DNA from: an uncultured virus (IMG/VR IMGVR_UViG_3300005440_000007)
Taxonomy: Duplodnaviria > Heunggongvirae > Uroviricota > Caudoviricetes
Virus record (IMG/VR): IMGVR_UViG_3300005440_000007
Strand: one strand, 5' to 3'
DNA: 64,000 nt
The position numbers were made by a program, and so were the translations under genes. Below, piece after piece: positions 9,743-18,967 of this stretch (positions are counted from its first letter, which is position 1; every line of letters begins with the position of its first letter). Below the pieces are notes generated by a model. It ran no database searches, was not told the origin of the DNA, and saw only the letters and a program-made list of their open reading frames with translations.

Positions 9743-10153
9743 CTACTTCTTGGTCTTCAGGTGGCAGGACGGATCCGCCCGGAGCTTTTTGTAATCGGAA
9801 CGGAGTTTCTTTTCGGTCTGGCGATCGGTCGTGACGTTCGCGATCGCGTTGACGGTCCGGAGAGTTTCCCGGCAGCCTCTCTTTTTTGCCACGCCACGAA
9901 GCTTCGAAAGGCGCTCAGAGGAAGGCTGATCCTTCTTCCATCCGCCGAGGGGCGTGGGGCCGAGATCGGGAAGGAACTTCTTCGATTCCGGCGTCTTTCC
10001 GGGAGCGCCTTTGTCCACCACGCATCCTGCGGGAACGTGAGTGGCCTCCACGCGGGTGCCGTCCTTCCTGGTGTACCCGCTGCGTCGATAGGCGGCGCGC
10101 CGAACCTTGCCTCTGGGGCAGGTGCGCCCCAGCTCGATGAGTTCTTCGGCCAC
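9743..10153 (-). CDS. Basic protein resembling the giant-virus DUF5771 family
   Basis: CPRG..R..YTRKDGTRV..C..DKGAPGK...R.VNAIA; AGGAGG RBS. Confidence 0.6.
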   Translation of the reverse strand: MAEELIELGRTCPRGKVRRAAYRRSGYTRKDGTRVEATHVPAGCVVDKGAPGKTPESKKFLPDLGPTPLGGWKKDQPSSERLSKLRGVAKKRGCRETLRTVNAIANVTTDRQTEKKLRSDYKKLRADPSCHLKTKK

Positions 10154-10162
10154 GGATTCCTC

Positions 10163-10426
10163 CTACTTCAGCTTCTGATCCTGGATGCGCCGGGGCTTGC
10201 CGTTTCCGAGCTCGACGATGAGCTCCGGATGCTTGCGAAGGCCCAGCCCCAGAAAATGGAGGTCGCAGGAAACGGACGAGACGACCGGATCCGTCTTTGG
10301 CGCGACAATCCGGACCTTGCCCTTCGGAGTCACGCTGACGACGCGTCCGTCAGCGAGCTTTTTCTTCATGGTCCTTCCCTGCTTGAAGCAGGTTCCAGGA
10401 GAGAGCTCGCTGATACGTCCCTTCAC
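10163..10426 (-). CDS. Small basic hypothetical protein
   Basis: GTGA overlap; alternative ATG at 10369. Confidence 0.65.
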   Translation of the reverse strand: MKGRISELSPGTCFKQGRTMKKKLADGRVVSVTPKGKVRIVAPKTDPVVSSVSCDLHFLGLGLRKHPELIVELGNGKPRRIQDQKLK

Positions 10427-10824
10427 GGAGACACCTGCGGCGTCTGAGCCGGAGCCGTAGAGCCTTGAGGGACGGGGACCGCCGGGGCGGGTCCGGGCGT
10501 CGTGAAAAGTCGAACCAGATCGTTCACCGCCTTCACGCTCGAGGCGATGAGCGTGGCCCACGCGACGACCTGCCACGTTCGGCTCCGGAACTGCTTCGTT
10601 CCGAGCAGCGCGATCGAGATCGCTCCCGCGTCGATGGCCAGGGCAATGGCCGGATGGTCGAAGAGGCTTCTCGACCCGAAAAGCTGCCCCAGGCGCGGCC
10701 GCGGCTGCGCCATGAAAGGAGATGGACCGGGGCCATACGGCGCCGGCGTCCATGCTGGCGGCCGAATCTGCGCCGGAGCCATCGGCATGCCCGGCATGGG
10801 GATCGTCGTGAGCGGCTGATTCAT
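10423..10824 (-). CDS. LGQ-leader TM-hairpin protein
   Basis: RPRLGQ. Confidence 0.8.
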   Translation of the reverse strand: MNQPLTTIPMPGMPMAPAQIRPPAWTPAPYGPGPSPFMAQPRPRLGQLFGSRSLFDHPAIALAIDAGAISIALLGTKQFRSRTWQVVAWATLIASSVKAVNDLVRLFTTPGPAPAVPVPQGSTAPAQTPQVSP

Positions 10825-10834
10825 GGCGTCTCCG

Positions 10835-11158
10835 TTAGAGTCCGAGCTTGCTGACGTTGTGAAGGACGCGCATCGTTCCGATCGCGCCGATCAGACCTCC
10901 GAGCCATCGCCAGGTGGTGTTGTCCTTCGGGCCCCAGAGAGCCAGGGCGAAGCCCACCGCCATGGTGCCCGCGGAAGCCAGGGAATCCACCGCGACGTCG
11001 GCGACCGAGAGCGGGTGGATCTGTCCCAGGCGAGTGGACGGGGGAGGCGCCGACATCCGCGCGGGCGCCGGACGCCACTGCTGCTGCGGCGTCGCCCCGT
11101 GGGCGATGGGACGCCAGCGGGCGGCCATCGCGGCCCGCGGGATGGAAACGTACTCCAT
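10835..11158 (-). CDS. LGQ-leader TM-hairpin protein
   Basis: CAGGAGG RBS; TRLGQ. Confidence 0.8.
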   Translation of the reverse strand: MEYVSIPRAAMAARWRPIAHGATPQQQWRPAPARMSAPPPSTRLGQIHPLSVADVAVDSLASAGTMAVGFALALWGPKDNTTWRWLGGLIGAIGTMRVLHNVSKLGL

Positions 11159-11196
11159 GGAGACCCTCCTGAGTTTCTCTTTCGGACCGTTTCGCG

Positions 11197-11640
11197 CTAC
11201 TGGTTCGCCGGCACCGAGACGGTCTGCGGAACCATTTCGGATGCCTTGGAGATCTTCGACACGTTGGAGAGGATCATGAGCGCGCCGAGCGCGGCCGTGA
11301 TCCCTCCGATCCACTTCCAGGTTCCGCTCGCGCCCGTGGGCGGCATCGCCTTGGGATTCCCACCGACGCCGACCGTCATGGCCGCGATCCCGACCGTCAT
11401 CGCGCCGACGGCGGTGAGAAGCGAGAAGAGAACGTCCGCGCCCTTGGCGATCGACGCCGCTGGCGTCGGCTGGAGCTGGCCCAGCTGGATCGGGTTCGGG
11501 CGCCAGTGCTGCGCGGCCGGACGCGCCATGGGATACGCCCGCAACACGGAATGGGGAGCCGGACGCCACCCTCCTCCCTGAGGGCCCGCGTAGGCCGGGA
11601 TGGCTGCTGGGAAGGCATTCGGAATCATCACCGTGTCCAT
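11197..11640 (-). CDS. LGQ-leader TM-hairpin protein
   Basis: CAGGAGG RBS; IQLGQ. Confidence 0.8.
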   Translation of the reverse strand: MDTVMIPNAFPAAIPAYAGPQGGGWRPAPHSVLRAYPMARPAAQHWRPNPIQLGQLQPTPAASIAKGADVLFSLLTAVGAMTVGIAAMTVGVGGNPKAMPPTGASGTWKWIGGITAALGALMILSNVSKISKASEMVPQTVSVPANQ

Positions 11641-11690
11641 GCGCCGTATCCTCCTGAACTCTTGTCGATCGTTGAAATCTTACCCCTTTT

Positions 11691-12014
11691 TCATTCCAAA
11701 ATCCCGGTTTTCAGGGCGCTCTCCGAGAGAGCTTCCTCGAGCGCCGCCTGAGCCTGTTCCACGCTTTGGCGACCTTCCTCGAGAGCCTGAAGAGCGGCTT
11801 CGGGCCCCATGGTTTCATCGAGCATGGAGAGGTTGTCTTCCACGCTCTTGAGATGCGCGAGAGCCTGATCTCGTTGCGTCCTGGCGAAGACCACCATTGG
11901 AGATTCCGCCGGCGCGCGCTGGGCCTGGGATAGACGCGGCGGTGCATGGCGGAAAGGAATCGCCATTGGAACGGCGTTCGACGCCTGAAAGATTCCGCCG
12001 CTGATTCGAATCAT
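11691..12014 (-). CDS. Helical protein with leader variant (IFQAS...RLSQ)
   Basis: Tiling; leader similarity. Confidence 0.7.
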   Translation of the reverse strand: MIRISGGIFQASNAVPMAIPFRHAPPRLSQAQRAPAESPMVVFARTQRDQALAHLKSVEDNLSMLDETMGPEAALQALEEGRQSVEQAQAALEEALSESALKTGILE

Positions 12015-12024
12015 CGTCCCACCG

Positions 12025-12615
12025 TTACGAAACCCAGTCGATCAGAAGCCCCAGGCCGATGGCCGCGCCGACGGCGATCAGCCAGTTCGAGTTTCCGTCG
12101 GAAGCCGGAGCAGCTTCGACTTCCTCGAGCGCGAGGATCTCGGCTTCCATCCTCTGAACCTCGTGCTCGGTGATCTCGACGTCGGCAGTCTCGGGGGCCG
12201 TTGCCGCGAAATTGGCCAGGCGCGCCTGGATCTGCGCCACCATTCCCGGAGGAATGCCCTTGGCCCTCATGCGAGAGATGACTTCGGCGAGCGCCTGTGC
12301 GAGCTCGGCGGCGTCCTTCTTCTTGAGGCGGCCCCACGCCAGCCGCATCGCCGGATGCCGCTTCACTTCCTGATCGGAAATGGTCGGGGGAACTCCGGTG
12401 GGAGGCGGCTCGATCTTCGGAGGAGGAACCGCCTGCCCCATCTCCACCGTGGGAATCTGTTGGGCGACGTACTGCGGGCGGTTGAACGCGCCGCCTGCCA
12501 TGTGGAGGCGCACTGGACCCAGTCCGGAATTCGAAGCAGGCTGGAAAGTACGGCCGTCTCGGAACATGGAGTCCTGACGGTCGAGCCTGGGCAGCTGCAC
12601 GTTTTGTCCGATCAT
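12025..12615 (-). CDS. MGQ-leader protein with C-terminal TM (start uncertain, up to 12675)
   Basis: VEMGQ; C-terminal anchor. Confidence 0.7.
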   Translation of the reverse strand: MIGQNVQLPRLDRQDSMFRDGRTFQPASNSGLGPVRLHMAGGAFNRPQYVAQQIPTVEMGQAVPPPKIEPPPTGVPPTISDQEVKRHPAMRLAWGRLKKKDAAELAQALAEVISRMRAKGIPPGMVAQIQARLANFAATAPETADVEITEHEVQRMEAEILALEEVEAAPASDGNSNWLIAVGAAIGLGLLIDWVS

Positions 12616-12626
12616 TTTCTTCGGTC

Positions 12627-12746
12627 CTACCAGGGCGTATCCCGACGGAATGGGGGGCTTCTCTTCCTCCACCACGGGAGGACGTCCACCGCCGCCTCAG
12701 CCCATAGCTCTCGGCTTGGGCCTGACCTCTTCCTCTCGGCGAGCAT
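12627..12746 (-). CDS. 39-aa ORF, or frameshifted 5' part of the downstream gene
   Basis: GGAGGGAG RBS lying within a hairpin. Confidence 0.35.
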   Translation of the reverse strand: MLAERKRSGPSRELWAEAAVDVLPWWRKRSPPFRRDTPW

Positions 12747-12808
12747 CTCCCTCCGAACGGAGGGAAACCTGCTTTCCTCAACCAAGTCGACCAGCCATGT
12801 TCAGATTC

Positions 12809-13210
12809 CTAGAAAATGGTCTTGACGATCCCAAGCATCGTCGCCGCAAGGCTCACGATGCCGCCGAGCTTGTTGATCGGCCTGTCGGATTCTTCCTCCT
12901 CGAGGGAGGATTCCAGGGCCGCCATTCTTGCCGACGAAATCGACGCGATGGTATCCAATCGGAACACCTTTTCCACGTCGTCCCCATGAAGCGCGGGCTT
13001 CGCGGACCGGGACGCCAAGGCGACGCGTTCCATCGCGCCGCTCGAAAGAATCGACTTCGCCTCGAGAGCGAGAACTTCCACGGACGCTTGGCCGGCGAGC
13101 TCCGGTTCCTCCGACCAGAAAGAGACGATCTCTCTCGCAGCCAAGGTCACTTTGCGAGCCTTGGCCGCCAGGTAGGCGGCATCTTCCGTCGAAAATCGAA
13201 GCACGCTCAT
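12809..13210 (-). CDS. Helical protein with C-terminal TM
   Basis: Tiling; hydrophobic tail. Confidence 0.7.
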   Translation of the reverse strand: MSVLRFSTEDAAYLAAKARKVTLAAREIVSFWSEEPELAGQASVEVLALEAKSILSSGAMERVALASRSAKPALHGDDVEKVFRLDTIASISSARMAALESSLEEEESDRPINKLGGIVSLAATMLGIVKTIF

Positions 13211-13220
13211 GCATTTCGTT

Positions 13221-13736
13221 TTAGGTGTTCAGGGGCGCGAAATTCACGCTGAACGAATGCGTTCCCGGCGCAAACTCGGCGTCGTAGGGCGCCTCGTAAG
13301 GCGCGCCGTCGGGGCCGACTCCGCGCAGGACCACTCGAACGATCATCGAGCCGTTCGCCGCCCTCTGGAGATACGGACGCGGCGCAGGTCCGGGACCGGC
13401 CATCTCCGGTCCGGGCGCGGCAGGAGCGCCGGGGCCCGCCGGCTGGAAGGACGCTCCGCGGTCGATGGGGCCTCCGTCGAGCGGAGGAGGGGCGGCGGAC
13501 GCCAGGCGCACCTGCTGCGCGCCGCGCGGCACTTCCTTCGAACCCGAGATCTGTGCGCCGCGCCCCGAAGGCGCGACCATCACGGGCGTCTGACTCTGCT
13601 GGGGCTGGGGCTGCCGCGCCATCGTGGGCGCCGAGGGCCCGACGGACATCATGCGAGTTGGAGATGGTGCCATGGGGCCGCCCATCCCCACCACGCTGAT
13701 CTCCCGACCCACCGGCTTGAAAGCGTCCTTCTGCAT
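13221..13736 (-). CDS. Pro-rich protein with small beta C-terminal domain
   Basis: GGAGGAG RBS. Confidence 0.75.
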   Translation of the reverse strand: MQKDAFKPVGREISVVGMGGPMAPSPTRMMSVGPSAPTMARQPQPQQSQTPVMVAPSGRGAQISGSKEVPRGAQQVRLASAAPPPLDGGPIDRGASFQPAGPGAPAAPGPEMAGPGPAPRPYLQRAANGSMIVRVVLRGVGPDGAPYEAPYDAEFAPGTHSFSVNFAPLNT

Positions 13737-13770
13737 CGCTCCTCCAGATCGTCCTTCAGTTGTTATCCTA

Positions 13771-15963
13771 CTATGAAACGGCTCCAGTCACCAGTAGAAG
13801 CGCGAGGGTCGCGCCGCTGAGTCCCGCTGCCGCCCCCAGAGGGGTCATGCCCGTCGCCCCTTCCATCCCCGGCGTATTTGTCGTCGTCGGGGGAGGCGGC
13901 ATTGGCGGCGGCGCGATTCCCGGGATCGTCCCTCCCCCGGAAGGAGGAGTCTCGGGCGCGGTGCCTCCGGGAAGGGGATTCCCATTCACGTCCGTGGGAG
14001 TTCCGCTCGAATCAGTCGGAACCACGGCCGGCCCTCCGCCACCGTTCTCGGGAACCACGGTAACCCCTCCACCCTGCTCGGTTCCCGTCTGGAGAGCCTG
14101 CTGAAATTGGTCGAGGAAATCGTCGATCGCCTGATCGACCAGGTCGACGAGCCCCATGGCTTCGACGACCCAGATCAAAAACGGCTTGAAAGCCGGAGAG
14201 ACTTCTTCGCCGGCAACGAAGCCGATCACGTCTTGTGCGGCGGCTTGCGCTCCAGCGAGAGCGTCACCGAGCTGCTCGATCTTCTCGACAGCGTACATCT
14301 TCGGAAGCGCGGCGATCGCCTTGACGGCCATGACCGCGATCGCGCTTGCGATGGTCGACATGTCGATGAAGCTCGACGCACCGTTCACGATCGTGTTCGA
14401 TCCCGCCTGAGCGGAATTCCCGGCAATCGAACCTACCGCGCTGATCGCAAGCTTCACCACCTGGGGGTAGATTGTGGTGATGGCTTTTGCAGCCAGAGGA
14501 TCGACGTCCGCCAGAATATCTTTCACAATCGGCTCGAGCGCGCCGACAACAAGGTTGGGGTCCCCTGCCGCAAGGGCAGCAGCGGCGATTGCCGACGAGA
14601 CGCCGAGCCCCAGCGGCTGGTTCCCGGTGGTCATCTTGATGAAGTCCCACGTCTCGGTGGCGAATGCAGCGAATCCTCCCGCGCCTGCGGCGATCAGGAG
14701 CGGCAGGTTGACCATCACCGTGCAGTAGGAGATGATCGCCATGGTCTTCATCGTTCGCTTCGTCTCCTCGATCTTCTTCTCGATCCTGCGCTGCATGCAG
14801 ATCAGAATCGGCTGAAGACCAAGGATGTACGCCGCGGCCATGTCCTTGGAGATCTGTTTGTCGTCTCTGGGGAAGTAGTTGCTGAACTTCTTCACGTAAA
14901 GGCGGGCGCTCACCGCACTGTAGAGTTCGTTGTTCTTCCCCTGGCCGATGGGAATCGCTCTGGCGCAAGTCTGGAAAAGCCTCTCGATCCCGGGCCATTT
15001 TGGAAACGGGATCTTCACGAAGATGTTCCAGACCTGCTCGTAGTTCTTGACGAGCTCGGGCCAGTCTTTCGGCTGAATCTCAAGATCTCCGAGCCACCAC
15101 TGGAACGTCTCGAAATGGGCTGCAATCGCGGGATGGCCGAAGTTGACCCTCGACCCGGCATCCAAGTAATTCCAGGAGACCGGAGTGTAGGTGGCCGCCC
15201 TCAGCTGAAGTTGGGCTTCGGCAACCGCGCAGACCAGGGAGTTGATATTGCTGGCGCAGGCGGCGAAGGGAATTTCACTCTTGGACGTCATGTTGTTTCC
15301 CGCCGCGGCCGCCGCGGGAAGCCTGGCGAACACGTCCACGGTCTTCGCGGATCCTCCGGGGACGGACATCGTCACGCGGTAGCGGTACTCCGTGTTCGGG
15401 CTGGGAGCTTGACCGTTCCAGACGTACTTCCCCTGAGCGTCCGTCTTTCCGCGCGCCACTTCCGTCAGGTTTGGAGCTCCAGTGGTTGGGCTGAAGTTCC
15501 TGATGTTGTACATCTGGATCACGACGTCCGCGCCGCCGATGTAGGGCTTGAGCTCGGTCGGCTCTTTCGCAATGACCGTGATCTCGGTGGGACCGTCCCA
15601 CGCGGACGACGTCTGAAGGGTTCCTCCGCCTTGATTGACGAAGGGGCTGGTATTGGTCGGAGTCGTTCCTCCGCCTGAAGCGGCCGAGCAAAGCGACGGA
15701 TCGACTTCGACGCATCCGCCGCCGGGAACCTGGGCTGCCATGCTCGGAAGCATCTGCCGGATGCCCTGGTTCCCGCAACGGTAGCACTTCAGCCCCGAAG
15801 TCCCAGCCGGCTGGGGGAATCCCCCGGCCCCAGGCAGCTGGCCGAGAGATCGGTTGCGAAGCATCGGAGGCCGTGGGGTAAGAGGCAGAAGAAACCCGTC
15901 ACGGCCCGGACCTTTCAGTCGTGCCGAAAAAGGAATCTCCAGAGACGATGCCTCACCCCACAA
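13771..15963 (-). CDS. Large LGQ-leader membrane-associated virion-type protein (730 aa)
   Basis: AGGAGGAGG RBS; RSLGQ; Ig-like segment, hydrophobic helices, C-terminal TM. Confidence 0.8.
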   Translation of the reverse strand: MWGEASSLEIPFSARLKGPGRDGFLLPLTPRPPMLRNRSLGQLPGAGGFPQPAGTSGLKCYRCGNQGIRQMLPSMAAQVPGGGCVEVDPSLCSAASGGGTTPTNTSPFVNQGGGTLQTSSAWDGPTEITVIAKEPTELKPYIGGADVVIQMYNIRNFSPTTGAPNLTEVARGKTDAQGKYVWNGQAPSPNTEYRYRVTMSVPGGSAKTVDVFARLPAAAAAGNNMTSKSEIPFAACASNINSLVCAVAEAQLQLRAATYTPVSWNYLDAGSRVNFGHPAIAAHFETFQWWLGDLEIQPKDWPELVKNYEQVWNIFVKIPFPKWPGIERLFQTCARAIPIGQGKNNELYSAVSARLYVKKFSNYFPRDDKQISKDMAAAYILGLQPILICMQRRIEKKIEETKRTMKTMAIISYCTVMVNLPLLIAAGAGGFAAFATETWDFIKMTTGNQPLGLGVSSAIAAAALAAGDPNLVVGALEPIVKDILADVDPLAAKAITTIYPQVVKLAISAVGSIAGNSAQAGSNTIVNGASSFIDMSTIASAIAVMAVKAIAALPKMYAVEKIEQLGDALAGAQAAAQDVIGFVAGEEVSPAFKPFLIWVVEAMGLVDLVDQAIDDFLDQFQQALQTGTEQGGGVTVVPENGGGGPAVVPTDSSGTPTDVNGNPLPGGTAPETPPSGGGTIPGIAPPPMPPPPTTTNTPGMEGATGMTPLGAAAGLSGATLALLLVTGAVS

Positions 15964-15978
15964 AGCCGGTGCCTCCTC

Positions 15979-16566
15979 CTATCCGAAGAGCAGGGCGAGC
16001 GTCACCGCCCCCGCGCCGATCAGGATCGGAACCGTGAGGTCGGTGCCGCCGGCGGTGGCGGCCCCGGGGACCTGGATCTCCTTGATGATGACCTGCGGCT
16101 CCTCGAGGAGTCCGTAAGTCCTCTCCGCTTCGCTGACATCGCGCGCGAGCGCCACGTTTGCGCTCTTCACCCGGTCGAGGCGGTTCCGAGGCCGCGTCGT
16201 GTCCTGGATGAACACGTAGTAGTTGGGCGCGCCCGGGACCTTCTCGACCTCGGCGACGTACTCCTGCAGATCGTTGCGCTGGTTGAGCGCCTTGTCGTTG
16301 TTGTTCGGCTCGAGAAGGCCGAAATCCGACACGATCGCATCGCGCTCGGGCTTGTAGGAGATCCGCGAGGCCTTGTAGGCAAGCTGATCGAACGTCGCGA
16401 TCTCCGCCTTCGCCTCCTCGTACATGCGCTTGCCGTCTTCCAGGCTCAGACCCATGAAGGGCCCTCTCGCCTGGGGGCGCACGGCGGGCGGCCGATAGCC
16501 CGCCATCCGGACCGGCGGCAGAAAGCCGGGCCCGGCCATGGGCTGAAACGACTGAGCCTGGAACAT
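15979..16566 (-). CDS. Leader-variant (FMGL) helical protein with C-terminal TM
   Basis: GGAGG RBS; MFQAQSF. Confidence 0.8.
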   Translation of the reverse strand: MFQAQSFQPMAGPGFLPPVRMAGYRPPAVRPQARGPFMGLSLEDGKRMYEEAKAEIATFDQLAYKASRISYKPERDAIVSDFGLLEPNNNDKALNQRNDLQEYVAEVEKVPGAPNYYVFIQDTTRPRNRLDRVKSANVALARDVSEAERTYGLLEEPQVIIKEIQVPGAATAGGTDLTVPILIGAGAVTLALLFG

Positions 16567-16605
16567 AAAACCTCCGTCAGACCGGAAACGGTGTAGAAGG
16601 ACATG

Positions 16606-16635
16606 CCGCCCGGATCCCGGTCAGGGTCCGGGCGG
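16606..16635 (-). terminator. GC-rich hairpin downstream of the basic peptide gene
   Basis: CCGCCCGGATCC / GGGTCCGGGCGG; no clear U tract. Confidence 0.45.
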
Positions 16636-16678
16636 TCTGTCTAACCTGCACGACAGGACCGCCACGTCTTGACGGAAA

Positions 16679-16810
16679 CTACCGCTTCGCCGGAACCGCG
16701 CAGACGGTGCGGCGCGAGCGGCCGCGCTTGATCGCGATCGCGCCCTTGGGCGCCTTCCCGTTGGCCCGGCACGCGACGCGGCGGTACTTCCGGCCCTTCA
16801 CCTTGAACAT
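16679..16810 (-). CDS. 43-aa Arg/Lys-rich peptide, putative DNA-condensing core protein
   Basis: AGGAGGAG RBS; MFKVKGRKYRRVACRANGKAPKGAIAIKRGRSRRTVCAVPAKR. Confidence 0.75.
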   Translation of the reverse strand: MFKVKGRKYRRVACRANGKAPKGAIAIKRGRSRRTVCAVPAKR

Positions 16811-16865
16811 AGAGTTCTCCTCCTATATCTCGTCGTCCCCGGCACCACGCCGGAGCTCTTCGTTC

Positions 16866-17282
16866 CTACTTTCCGAAAGCCACGTAGAGAAGCGCCACCG
16901 CGGCAACCGCGCCGATGGCGATCGGCACGATCGGAAGTTCCGACTTCGGCGGGGGCGGGGGCGGCGGGGGCGGCGGCTTCGCGGGAGTGCCGTCGTCCTT
17001 GTACGCCTTCTTGATGTCCTGGAAGAGGTCGTAGAGGCACTTGTACTGCGAGATGAGCGGCTTCGCGATGCATTCATCGCGCCGCTTGCTGTAGTTGCCG
17101 GCGACGTCTACTGGGAGCTTGAGAATGAGCTGGTCGAGATCCCCGAGGATCGAGCCCACGTCACCGCCGGTCAGGTCGTCCAGAAAGTTCCCCACGAAAG
17201 GCTGCTGGCCCATCACGACGCGCACGGCCCGGACGCCGTAGGACGGCCGGAAAGGAGATGCCTGGAAAAGCGATCGGCTCAT
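16866..17282 (-). CDS. MGQ-leader protein with poly-Pro linker and C-terminal TM
   Basis: LFQASPFRP...VVMGQ. Confidence 0.8.
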   Translation of the reverse strand: MSRSLFQASPFRPSYGVRAVRVVMGQQPFVGNFLDDLTGGDVGSILGDLDQLILKLPVDVAGNYSKRRDECIAKPLISQYKCLYDLFQDIKKAYKDDGTPAKPPPPPPPPPPKSELPIVPIAIGAVAAVALLYVAFGK

Positions 17283-18082
17283 GACCGTCCTCCTTCAGGC
17301 GCCGCCGAGACGGGCGCGCCGTTTGGTTTCTTGGTGAGTGAATTCAGAATTCCGGAGAAATCTCGCGCGCTGGAAGCGGGCTTGACCGGACGACCCAGCT
17401 GCGGAGTTCCAGGAATAGTCGGAGTTGCTGCGGGAATTGGGGGCGCCACATGCTGCATCCCGAACATCTTGACCACCTCTGCCGCCTCCCGAATTTCCCG
17501 GAGGAGGCCGGTGGAAAGCTCTCCCTCGACCTGTTGCTGGACGCGCTTCACGCCTTCGACCGTCGAAGAGATCTTCGCGTCGATCTTCTTCTCGCTCTCC
17601 TGGAGCTGGACGACCATCCTCTCGAACTCGGGAATCGTCTTCTTCTCGAGGCGATCTCCGATACGCGCCCAGGTGTCGACGACGGGAAGGATCTTCTCCT
17701 GAACGATCTTCTCGACCTTCCCCTCGATCTCCTTGACGATCGGATGGTTGGCCGGATCGGACTCGAGGCGGTGGACCGCGCCGGCGAGCTGCTCGAACAG
17801 CGGGACCGAATCCCGATTCGCTTCGATGCCGACCCGGAATGCACCCTGGATGGCAGGGAACATCACCTGAGTGCCGAAGTAGATCACCATCAGCTGGAAG
17901 AAGAACATCACCAGCACGGTGGCGAGCCCCTTGTCCTTGACGTAGATGAGCAGGGCCGTCGACCCTCCGCCATAGACGACGTAGCCCAGAATCATCAGAA
18001 TCGTCGCGCGTCTGCTGACCGCACTCAGGATGGTCTTGACGCGGACATCCCACTCGGGCTTTTGTACTTTCGACGCGTTCAT
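17279..18082 (-). CDS. 2-TM coiled-coil protein
   Basis: N-terminal TM pair, long helical region. Confidence 0.75.
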   Translation of the reverse strand: MNASKVQKPEWDVRVKTILSAVSRRATILMILGYVVYGGGSTALLIYVKDKGLATVLVMFFFQLMVIYFGTQVMFPAIQGAFRVGIEANRDSVPLFEQLAGAVHRLESDPANHPIVKEIEGKVEKIVQEKILPVVDTWARIGDRLEKKTIPEFERMVVQLQESEKKIDAKISSTVEGVKRVQQQVEGELSTGLLREIREAAEVVKMFGMQHVAPPIPAATPTIPGTPQLGRPVKPASSARDFSGILNSLTKKPNGAPVSAAPEGGRS

Positions 18083-18162
18083 ATGTTCCTAGTTTAACGT
18101 CAGAGCGCTCCGAGTACCAGAGTGTAGAGCGCAAAGAAAACGACCCGTCCCATCGGAGTCTC

Positions 18163-18498
18163 CTACAGCAACGCCAGCAGCTTGGGGGCGGCCTTCAGGA
18201 GGAAGGCTCCCAGGGTTTCCAGGATCCGACCGATCGTGTCTTTCGCCTCGTCGGAAATGGCGATCTGCAGACGACGCGCCTCTCCACGGACTTGGGCGGT
18301 GAGGTGCTTGAGGTTCGCCTCGTGCTCCTTGCGCTCGTCCTCGGTGGCGGCATGAGTGCTTCCCCACCATTCCTTGGCGAAGAGCTCGGTCTTCTCCTTG
18401 GCGAAGTCCTGAACTTCCTGACGCTCGACGAATCCCTTGAGACTGTCCTTGACGATCTCGAGGGATGCCGACGCCAGTTCTTTCCACTCTTCGGACAT
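18163..18498 (-). CDS. Helical hypothetical protein
   Basis: GGAGG RBS. Confidence 0.75.
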   Translation of the reverse strand: MSEEWKELASASLEIVKDSLKGFVERQEVQDFAKEKTELFAKEWWGSTHAATEDERKEHEANLKHLTAQVRGEARRLQIAISDEAKDTIGRILETLGAFLLKAAPKLLALL

Positions 18499-18558
18499 GG
18501 TCGTTTTCCTCCCGCCTGCCGGAACAAAAAATCTTTTCGACGAGCAGACCCCTCTCGA

Positions 18559-18810
18559 CTACTTGTCCTTCTTGAGCGACTCCTCTTCCTGGGCGATCAG
18601 CTTCCGAAGGCCCTGGGCGGTGCCGAGCCGGATCTTCTTCGTGTCGTCCTTGAGCTTGGGATCCGCCTTGACGTAGGCCTCGTACTCGCTCGTCATCCCC
18701 GACTCGAGCGTGTACTGCTTGACGCCGTCATGGTAGGCCGATTCCCGGGACAGGCTTCCGCAGCAGCCGACCATGAAGAGCGCCAGGACGCCGGCAATCA
18801 GGCTTCGCAT
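18559..18810 (-). CDS. Putative lipoprotein
   Basis: Signal peptide ending in lipobox-like MVGC. Confidence 0.65.
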   Translation of the reverse strand: MRSLIAGVLALFMVGCCGSLSRESAYHDGVKQYTLESGMTSEYEAYVKADPKLKDDTKKIRLGTAQGLRKLIAQEEESLKKDK

Positions 18811-18965
18811 TTCGGTTCTCCCGCTTTCGGATTCACGATCTCCAGGACCGCCTCGAGTTTCTCGTCGATCTCCACAAGCTTCGCATCCGTCGCCTTTTCG
18901 GACGTCAGGAAGATCTGAACGTCCAGGAGCTTCCTGCGAATGCTTCGTTCAACTTCCTCGTCCAT
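18798..18965 (-). CDS. 55-aa hypothetical protein
   Basis: Fills the gap; MDEEVERSIRRKLLDVQIFL. Confidence 0.6.
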   Translation of the reverse strand: MDEEVERSIRRKLLDVQIFLTSEKATDAKLVEIDEKLEAVLEIVNPKAGEPKCEA

Positions 18966-18967
18966 CT

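Noticed and set aside
14061..14074. Another TAACCCCTCC anti-RBS-like match
   Set aside because: Lies inside a minus-strand CDS (encodes GGGVT) and lacks the downstream hairpins
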